Positions 36,288 to 42,829 of a DNA stretch of 42,829 nt are shown here, piece after piece; the first letter of the stretch is position 1, and each line of letters begins with the position of its first letter. The stretch covers positions 1-42,829 of the forward strand of contig JBGAGQ010000059.1 in NCBI GenBank assembly GCA_044226625.1. The letters are read 5' to 3'. Made by a program: the position numbers and the translations under genes. This DNA comes from Thermoanaerobaculia bacterium. Its GTDB lineage: Bacteria > Acidobacteriota > Thermoanaerobaculia > Multivoradales > UBA5704. Below the pieces are notes generated by a model. The model was not told where the DNA came from. It was given only the letters and a program-made list of their open reading frames with translations, and did not search any database.

Positions 36288-37385
36288 ATGCCCGTCCCTT
36301 CGCCCACCCACCGCTCTCCGCTCCGGCGCGCCGTCCGCGCCGCGCTCTTCCTCGCCCTGATCGCGCTCGTGCTCGAAGGGGGCGCGCGCTGGGCGCTCCG
36401 GTCGGAGGCGTTCCTGCGGCGGATCTCCTCGCCTTTCGACGAGCCCTCCTGGCGCCTGCGCTGGTGGCTCCGGCATCAGGGGGGCGAGGCGCCGTATCGG
36501 TTCTCGTTCGACCGCTATCACGCCGAGCGCGGCTGGACGCTCGCGCCGAACCTCCAGGATCTCGAGGTCTTCGACGGCAAGCGGTTGAGCTCCAATTCGC
36601 GCGGCCTACGCGGCCGGCGGGAGTATGCCGTGCCGAAGCCTCCCGGGGTCTATCGGATCGCCCTGTTCGGCGATTCGTTCACCTTCGGCGAAGACGTGAG
36701 CGACGACGAGACCTTCGCGCAGCGGTTGGAGAGCCTTCTGCCCGGAGTCGAGATCCTGAACTTCGGGGTCCACGGTTACGGCCACGACCAGATCCTGCTC
36801 TATTTGCGCGAGGCCCTGCCGCTCTACCGGCCCGACGTGGTGCTGCTCGGTCACGTGACCGACGATTCGCTGCGCAATCTCACCGGCTTCCGCGATTTCG
36901 CCAAGCCCCGGTTCCGCCTGGTGAACGGTGCTCTCCGCCTCGAGGGGACGCCCGTCCCGACACCTCAGGAGATGCTCGCGGAGAGGGTCTGGCGCCCGCG
37001 GCTCGCCGACCTCGGGATCATGGCCTGGACGCGCCTCGCCTGGCGTTGGGGCGATCGGAAGCAGGAGCTCGACCGTCTCACCGGTGCGATCCTCTCCGCG
37101 ATCTTCCGCGAGACGCGCGCGGCGGGCGCGCGGCCGGCGGTGGCGCACCTGCCGGTCTTTGGCGAGCTGGGCGCCGTCGATCCGGCGCCGCTGCCGGGAG
37201 AACAGTTCGTCCTCGCGCTCGCGGAGCGCGAGAAGGTGCCCTGCCTGCGCCTCCGTCCGCTGTTTCTCGAACGCGCGCGCCTGGGCGCCGAATTCGAAAA
37301 GGTCGGGCACTGGGGGCCGCTCGAGCATCGCCTCGCCGCCGACGGGATCGCCGACTTCCTGCGCCGCGAAGGGCTCGTGCCATGA
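36288..37385 (+). CDS. Membrane-anchored SGNH/GDSL hydrolase family protein
   Basis: N-terminal TM; NSRGLR, FGDSFTFG (Ser), NFGVHGYG, GHW (His). Confidence 0.88.
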   Translation: MPVPSPTHRSPLRRAVRAALFLALIALVLEGGARWALRSEAFLRRISSPFDEPSWRLRWWLRHQGGEAPYRFSFDRYHAERGWTLAPNLQDLEVFDGKRLSSNSRGLRGRREYAVPKPPGVYRIALFGDSFTFGEDVSDDETFAQRLESLLPGVEILNFGVHGYGHDQILLYLREALPLYRPDVVLLGHVTDDSLRNLTGFRDFAKPRFRLVNGALRLEGTPVPTPQEMLAERVWRPRLADLGIMAWTRLAWRWGDRKQELDRLTGAILSAIFRETRAAGARPAVAHLPVFGELGAVDPAPLPGEQFVLALAEREKVPCLRLRPLFLERARLGAEFEKVGHWGPLEHRLAADGIADFLRREGLVP

Positions 37386-39244
37386 GCCGAAAGCCCGCCG
37401 CGCTCGCGATTCTCGCCGCGCTCGCGATCCTCGGCGCGCTCGTCCTCTATGTCTACCTGCCGACGCTCGGCCATGGCTGGGCGCCGCTCGACGACGAGCT
37501 CAACTTCACCCGCAATCCCGACTATCGGGGCCTCTCGCCCGACCATCTGCGCTGGATGGCGACGACGCGGCTGGCGGGTCATTACATTCCGTTGTCCTGG
37601 CTCACCCTCGCGCTCGACTACGAGGCCTCGGGGATGGACCCGCGCGGCTACCATCGGACCAACCTGCTGCTCCACCTCGCGAACGCCTGGTTGTTCTTCG
37701 CCCTCGCCTGGCGCCTTTTCGGCGGCCCGCTGGCGAGGACCGAGGTGCGCGCCGAGGAGGCTCGTCGGGAGGCGCCGCCTGCGCCCTCCTCGCTCTCCCC
37801 GGCTGCGCGGCTGCTCGGCGCCTTCGCCGCGGCGGCGCTCTTCGCGCTCCATCCGTTGCGGGTCGAGTCGGTCGCCTGGATCACCGAGCGGCGCGACCTG
37901 CTGTGCGGCTTCTTCTGCCTGCTCGCGGTTCACGCCTACTGGAGCGCCGCCCGCGCCGCCGGGCGTCCGCGTCATCTTCGCCTGGCGCTCGCGGGGCTCG
38001 CGTTCGCGGCGGCCCTCCTCTCCAAGGGGATCGCGGTGGTCCTGCCGGTCGCCCTCGTGGCGCTCGACCTCTTTCCGCTCCGGCGGCTCGAGCTCGATCC
38101 GCGGCGCTGGCTCGGCCGCCGCTCGCGCTCCGTCCTGCTCGAAAAGGTGCCGTTTCTCGCGCTCTCCGCCCTGCTCGCCGCGGTGACGTTCTGGGCGATC
38201 GCGCCGGTGATGAGCGACCGGTCCCAGGCGGGGCTCGAGCACCGGCTCCTGTCTTCCGGGTTCGGCCTGTCGTTCTACCTCGAAAAGACGCTCGTGCCGT
38301 TCGCGATCCCGTTCCAGGTGCCGGCGACCCACCTGCTTTCGGCCGCCACCGACCCCGGGGTCCTGACGCGAGGGCTGGCGTTTCTCGCCGTCCTGCTCGG
38401 TTCCCTCGCTCTCTGGCGCCGGCGCCCCGCCGTGCCGCTCGCGCTGATCGTCTTTACCGCTTTCGTGCTGCCGGTCTCCGGCCTGTTCCAGGCGGGGCCA
38501 CAGCTCGCGGCGCACCGGTACACGTATCTCTCGACGCTATCGATCGCCCTGCTGCTGGGCTGCGGATGGGCCGCTCTCGCGCGCCGGTTCGCGCCGGTCG
38601 ATGCTCCGCCGGAGGGTCTCTCTCGGCCATCTCTGCCATCTCTGCCATCTCGCCTGTCGGCGGGGACTGCCGGGAGGATGCTCGCGCTCGGCGTGCTGTG
38701 CGCCGTGACGCTCGGCCTCAGCGTCGGGCTCGCCGCCGCGGCGCGCGCCCAGGTCGCCCTCTGGCGCGACGACGTGTCGTTCTCGAGCGCCGCCGTGGCC
38801 GCCGCTCCCGGGGCGTGGCAACCCGTGGGCGCCCTCGCGCGCGCCCATCTCGCGCGCGGCGAGGAGGGCCCGGCGCTCGCCGCGCTGCGGGACGGGCGGC
38901 GGCGCCTGCCACAGGCGCTCCTGCTCACCTATCTCGAATCGCTGATCCTCGCGACCAGCCCCGACGAGGCGCTACGCGACGGCGACCGGGCGGTGGAGCT
39001 CGCGGCGGGCGCGGCACGGGTGACGAGCTACCAGGATCCCGCGGCGCTCTTCGCCTTGGCGGCCGCGACCGCCGAGGTGGGCGATTCCGAAGGCGCCCTG
39101 CGCCTGCTCGACGGAGCCGAGGAGCTCTCGCGCGCGGGCCGAAAGCCGGAGATGCTCCCGCTGTTCGAGGAGGCCGAGCTCCGGATTCGCGCGCGCGGCG
39201 TCCTCCGCCTCGAGGCCGCCGACTGGCGAAGCTCTCTTCTCTGA
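37382..39244 (+). CDS. Second TMTC-like GT-C protein with TPR-like tail
   Basis: ATGA overlap; PLDD, HYIPLSWL, FALHPLRVESVAWITERRDLL, LLSK, EKVPF, AHRYTYL, LWRDD. Confidence 0.85.
   Translation: MSRKPAALAILAALAILGALVLYVYLPTLGHGWAPLDDELNFTRNPDYRGLSPDHLRWMATTRLAGHYIPLSWLTLALDYEASGMDPRGYHRTNLLLHLANAWLFFALAWRLFGGPLARTEVRAEEARREAPPAPSSLSPAARLLGAFAAAALFALHPLRVESVAWITERRDLLCGFFCLLAVHAYWSAARAAGRPRHLRLALAGLAFAAALLSKGIAVVLPVALVALDLFPLRRLELDPRRWLGRRSRSVLLEKVPFLALSALLAAVTFWAIAPVMSDRSQAGLEHRLLSSGFGLSFYLEKTLVPFAIPFQVPATHLLSAATDPGVLTRGLAFLAVLLGSLALWRRRPAVPLALIVFTAFVLPVSGLFQAGPQLAAHRYTYLSTLSIALLLGCGWAALARRFAPVDAPPEGLSRPSLPSLPSRLSAGTAGRMLALGVLCAVTLGLSVGLAAAARAQVALWRDDVSFSSAAVAAAPGAWQPVGALARAHLARGEEGPALAALRDGRRRLPQALLLTYLESLILATSPDEALRDGDRAVELAAGAARVTSYQDPAALFALAAATAEVGDSEGALRLLDGAEELSRAGRKPEMLPLFEEAELRIRARGVLRLEAADWRSSLL
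38626..38651 (+). repeat. In-frame 9-bp tandem repeat (GCCATCTCT x ~3, PSL)
   Basis: Seen directly; lies in a loop between TM segments. Confidence 0.8.
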
Positions 39245-39300
39245 GCCCGTTTGGGTATTATGGCGCCCCTCGATTTTGGACGGGCCAGAAAGGAACTTCC

Positions 39301-41022
39301 GTGAATTTCAAGCACCTTGTGGCGGGCTGTTTGCTCGCCGTCTCCGTCGCCGCCGGGTGCCGCGACGCCTCGACCGGAGCGGGCGCTCCGAGCCTCGATC
39401 CGGACACGGTGATCGCCCGTTGGAAAGGGGGCGAAATCCGCCGCGGCGCGATCCAGCGCGCTCTCGACGGCCGCTTCGCCGCGGTTCCGAAGCCGATCTC
39501 CGCCGAGACCAAGCGGGCGATCGTCAAGCTGGTGGTCGAGCGGAGGGTCCGTACCGCGATTCTCTATGAAGAGGCCGAGGCGAAGGGTTTCGACAAGAGG
39601 CCCGAGGTGGTGGCGCGGCAGACGGCGTTCGAAGAGTCCGTCCTCGCCGACGACCTGCTCGCGAGCGAGGCCGCCTCGGCCAAGGCGACCGACGAGCAGG
39701 TGGTGGCGGAGGTCGATCGTCGACTCGCGGGATCGAAGCCGGAGGAGACGCGCAAGTTCAGCCACATCTACCTCCGGGCCGCGGAGTCCGACCCCGCGGC
39801 CCGCGCCGCGGCGGCCGCGCGGATGGCGGAGATCCGGAAAGAGATCGAAGGGGGAGCGGGCTTCAACAAGCTCGCCGAGAAGTACTCGACGTCGGTCACC
39901 GCCCGAGGCGGCGGCCGGATCGAATGGACCCCCTACCGGGCGCTCAACCGCCTCGCGGCCGATGCCATCTTCGCCTTGAAGGAAGGAGAGGTGAGCCCGG
40001 TGGTCGCCGCTCCGGACGGTCTTCACCTGTTCCGCCTCGACGGCATCCGCCCCGGCACCCCGGTGGACGTCGAAGCGCTCCGGAAGCTCGTCCGGGAGAC
40101 GCTCGATCGGGAAGCGAAAAACGCCGCGGTGCGCGCCCGGCGCCAGCGGGAGCTGGACGCGCGCGGAGTGGTATTCGCCTCGGAAGGCGAGCTCAAGCGC
40201 TTGGCGGCCGTGCCCGGTTCGGCCGGCGCCCAAGCGGTCGCCTCCTGGCAGGGGGGCCAGGTGACCGCGGCCGAGCTGTTCGCGACCGAAGGCTGGGGCA
40301 CGCTCGCCAAGGGCAACCTCCCGCAGACGCTGCGCACCCTGGCCGAGAACCGCCTCCTCGCCGAGGCGCGCCGGGCCAAGCCTCTCTCGGAAGAGGTGAC
40401 GACCCGCGTCGCCGACGCGCGCCGCCAGGCGTTGATCGACTCGTACCGCCGTCAGCTGGTCGAGGAGATGAGCACCGAGCCCACCGAGGAAGAGATCGCC
40501 CGCTACCATCGGGAGAACTCTCAAAGCGCGCTCTTCCTGCGCGATTTCGAGATCGACGCGCTCTACTTTCCGCAGTCCGGCGACAGCGTCAAGGAGGTCT
40601 ACGCCGCGGGCGAGGCGGTGGTGGAACAGTTGCGCGAGGGCAAGCCGTTCGACGAGGTGCTCAACCGCCCGGCGAGCGCCGACGCCCGGACCTGCCGCGC
40701 GGTGCACGGCGTGGACCTCGTCCGGGTCGGTCAGACTTCGGTCCGGCTGCGCAAAGCGCTCCTGAACCTCGCTCCCGGCGAGGTGACGCCCGCCCTCTAC
40801 CTCGACGGCCCGCGCACCGAGCTGGTCCCCAAGAGCTGCGTGCTCGAAGGGAAAGGAGTCGTTTTCGTCCGCCTGCGCTCGCTCGGCACGCTGCCGCTCG
40901 ACGCTTCGCGCGAGTCGATCCGCGCGTCGCTCAAGCAGGAGAAGGAGGCCGCCGGGATCGAGGCGATCCAAAAGCGCCTGATCGCCTCCTCGGGGCTCCA
41001 GATCCTGGTTCCCGAGGGGTAG
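39301..41022 (+). CDS. Lipoprotein peptidyl-prolyl isomerase (parvulin; PrsA/SurA-like) with two modules
   Basis: Lipobox VAAG-C; FSHIYL...FNKLAEKYS...IFALKEGEVSPVV...GLHLFRL; second degenerate parvulin GKPFDEV...LLNLAPGEVTP; TATTAT -10 at 39256-39261. Confidence 0.85.
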   Translation: MNFKHLVAGCLLAVSVAAGCRDASTGAGAPSLDPDTVIARWKGGEIRRGAIQRALDGRFAAVPKPISAETKRAIVKLVVERRVRTAILYEEAEAKGFDKRPEVVARQTAFEESVLADDLLASEAASAKATDEQVVAEVDRRLAGSKPEETRKFSHIYLRAAESDPAARAAAAARMAEIRKEIEGGAGFNKLAEKYSTSVTARGGGRIEWTPYRALNRLAADAIFALKEGEVSPVVAAPDGLHLFRLDGIRPGTPVDVEALRKLVRETLDREAKNAAVRARRQRELDARGVVFASEGELKRLAAVPGSAGAQAVASWQGGQVTAAELFATEGWGTLAKGNLPQTLRTLAENRLLAEARRAKPLSEEVTTRVADARRQALIDSYRRQLVEEMSTEPTEEEIARYHRENSQSALFLRDFEIDALYFPQSGDSVKEVYAAGEAVVEQLREGKPFDEVLNRPASADARTCRAVHGVDLVRVGQTSVRLRKALLNLAPGEVTPALYLDGPRTELVPKSCVLEGKGVVFVRLRSLGTLPLDASRESIRASLKQEKEAAGIEAIQKRLIASSGLQILVPEG

Positions 41023-41029
41023 CCGCGGG

Positions 41030-42499
41030 TTGGTCACCGTCCCGCCCTCGGCGCTCGCGGCCCTTTCGGCCGCCGTTCTCCTCCTGGTGATCGACCATCG
41101 GCGGGCGAACCTCGGCGGGCGCGCCGCGATGGCGTTCTTCTTCGCGTCGGCGGGCTACGGGCTGGTGCGATCGCTGTCGATCCGCGCCCTTTCCGAGGCG
41201 CACCTCGGGGGGATGCCGTACCACCTCGGGGTACCCCTCGCCTCGGTCGCCGGGGTACCGCTCCAGGAGCTGATCGGGTGGACCGCCTCGGCGGGGCTGG
41301 CCGCCTATCTGGCCGACCGCGTGCTTCGCCGCCTCGGCCAGCCGACCGATCCGTACCGGACGGTGCTGGTCGCCGGCCTGGTGATGGCCGCGATCTGCCT
41401 CGCGGTCGAGACCGCCGCGGTGGCCGGCGGCTGGTGGACCTGGAGTCTCGCCCATTCCCCCGACCGCGCGATCCGTTTCCCACCGATCGCCCTGCTCGAC
41501 TGGGGCTTCGTCGCGCTCGATTTCCTCCTCCCGTTCGAGCTGTGGCGGCGAGGCGCCCCGCTCGGCGCCCGGCTCGCCGGATTGCTCTGCTTTCCCGTGC
41601 ACCTCGCCGGGCACGCGTTCGCGGCGCCGCTGCCCGGACCGCTCCCGCTCTCCGGATTCGATTTCGTCCACGTGGGCCTCGTGGCCGCCGTCGCGGCGGC
41701 GGCGGCGACCACGCGGGAGGCGAGCCCCTGGCCGCCGCGCAAGGAAGAGTCGCTGCGCCTCCACCCGACCGGGGCGGTCGCGATTCTGCTCGGCACCGCG
41801 GCGACCCAACTGGTCCTCGCGCGTGACGCCGGGCGCCTCTGGACCGTCCTTCCGCTCGCGGTGCTCGCGCTCTACGTCGCCGTGGGAAGCAAGGAGCTGG
41901 CGAGCCGGGGCGCACCCTGGCCGCGCGCCCGGGCCGTGGCCCTGTTCGCCGGGCTCCTGCTGGTCGGCCTGGGGCTCCGGCTGCCGTCCGCGTTCGCGGC
42001 CCGGTCGTTCGAGACCCACCTTCGCCAGGGGGCGGAGCGCCTGGTGGCGGGCCGCATCGACGAGGCCACGGCCGCGCTCGGCCGCGCCCTCGCGATCCGC
42101 CCCGGCCACTCCGAAGCGCTATGGCTGCTCGGTTGGGCCGAGTTGAAGCAGGGCCACCGCGCCCCCGCGCGGACCCACCTCGAAGCCGCGCTCGCTGCCC
42201 GCCCCGGCTCGATCGAGGCGCTCCGCCTGCTCGCGCAGCTCGACCTCGAAGAGGGGAAGAGGGAAGAGGCGACGGCCCTCCTCGCCCCGGCCACCGCCCG
42301 ACACCCCGACCGGGAGGACCTCGCCTACCTCGCTTGGAAAGCGAAAGACGCCTCCTTCGGCACCGAGCCCGCCCCGGCCTCGATCCTCACCGCGGCCAGC
42401 CCGAGTGAGCTGGGCGAGATCTACGCCCTCGCCCAGGCCCTCGGCGATCGGAAGACCGAAGAAGCCTGCCGCGCGCTCGCGATGCCCGCGGGGCGGTAG
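41030..42499 (+). CDS. Polytopic membrane protein: CruF/DUF422-like N-terminal domain fused to C-terminal TPRs
   Basis: GVPLQELIGW, VETAAVAGGWWTW and PPIALLDW resemble DUF422 motifs; RPGHSEALWLLG/RPGSIEAL TPRs. Confidence 0.6.
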   Translation: MVTVPPSALAALSAAVLLLVIDHRRANLGGRAAMAFFFASAGYGLVRSLSIRALSEAHLGGMPYHLGVPLASVAGVPLQELIGWTASAGLAAYLADRVLRRLGQPTDPYRTVLVAGLVMAAICLAVETAAVAGGWWTWSLAHSPDRAIRFPPIALLDWGFVALDFLLPFELWRRGAPLGARLAGLLCFPVHLAGHAFAAPLPGPLPLSGFDFVHVGLVAAVAAAAATTREASPWPPRKEESLRLHPTGAVAILLGTAATQLVLARDAGRLWTVLPLAVLALYVAVGSKELASRGAPWPRARAVALFAGLLLVGLGLRLPSAFAARSFETHLRQGAERLVAGRIDEATAALGRALAIRPGHSEALWLLGWAELKQGHRAPARTHLEAALAARPGSIEALRLLAQLDLEEGKREEATALLAPATARHPDREDLAYLAWKAKDASFGTEPAPASILTAASPSELGEIYALAQALGDRKTEEACRALAMPAGR

Positions 42500-42513
42500 G
42501 GACAGGAGGGGGC

Positions 42514-42828
42514 TCAGCCTCCCAGCGCCGCCGCCTCTTCGGCCGCCTTCTCCAGCAGATCGCTCGGGAGCGTCTCGTCCTGCCGTATCCGGGAAAGCTC
42601 CCGACGCGCCTCGTCCTTCCTTCCAGCGGCGGCCAGGTACCGGGCGAACCCGAGGCGAAGCCAGCCGGCATCCGGCGCGGCTTCGAGGCCTCGGCGCCAT
42701 TCGGCTTCTGCGGCGGTTCGGTCGCCCGCGTGGAGCAGCGCTTCGGCGAGGAGGCGGCTCGCTCCGCCGTCTTCGGGGGCGAGCGCCGCGAGGCGCCGGG
42801 CGCGCTCGACTTCGAGGCGGGAGTCGCC
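42514..42828 (-). CDS. C-terminal fragment of a TPR protein (5' end outside window; absent from ORF track)
   Basis: Translates as ...RLAALAPEDGGASRLLAEALLHAGDRTAAEAEWRRGLEAAPDAGWLRLGFARYLAAAGRKDEARREL...GG*; TGA at 42514-42516. Confidence 0.75.
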   Translation of the reverse strand, partial: GDSRLEVERARRLAALAPEDGGASRLLAEALLHAGDRTAAEAEWRRGLEAAPDAGWLRLGFARYLAAAGRKDEARRELSRIRQDETLPSDLLEKAAEEAAALGG

Positions 42829-42829
42829 G

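Overview
High-GC bacterial chromosomal window. Gene content (TIGR02999-type ECF sigma plus TPR kinases, BNR/Vps10 protein, many GT-C glycosyltransferases) suggests an Acidobacteriota genome, possibly Thermoanaerobaculia; this is inference. It opens with four near-identical 86-bp tandem palindromic repeats built from 7-nt periodic GAAT/ATTC motifs. The last copy supplies the start of a peptidase-S51 homologue that lacks its catalytic Ser and His. After ndk and a small Cys protein comes a two-gene island of visibly lower GC: a Ppl/TrlF-like PHP + SMC-type ATPase and a Schlafen/AlbA_2-HATPase protein. This is the best candidate for an undescribed anti-phage system. Next are two paralogous secreted TonB-C proteins flanking a UDG-family gene, an orphan egtD, a secreted R-Y/H-D repeat protein, pcnB, and sdhCAB translationally coupled to a split zinc-ribbon/TPM gene pair. 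Then come an ECF sigma/Ser-Thr kinase module, a large secreted protein with a duplicated C-terminal domain ending in a ~180-bp MITE-like palindrome, a BNR-repeat protein, a second kinase and an MDMPI-family gene. The last ~12.5 kb is an envelope cluster: four GT-C glycosyltransferases (two ArnT/PMT-like, two TMTC-like), an SGNH hydrolase, a double-parvulin lipoprotein, a CruF-like/TPR fusion and a partial TPR gene. No rRNA, tRNA, CRISPR array, integrase or transposase was seen. All family assignments are by-eye motif recognition; no database searches were run.
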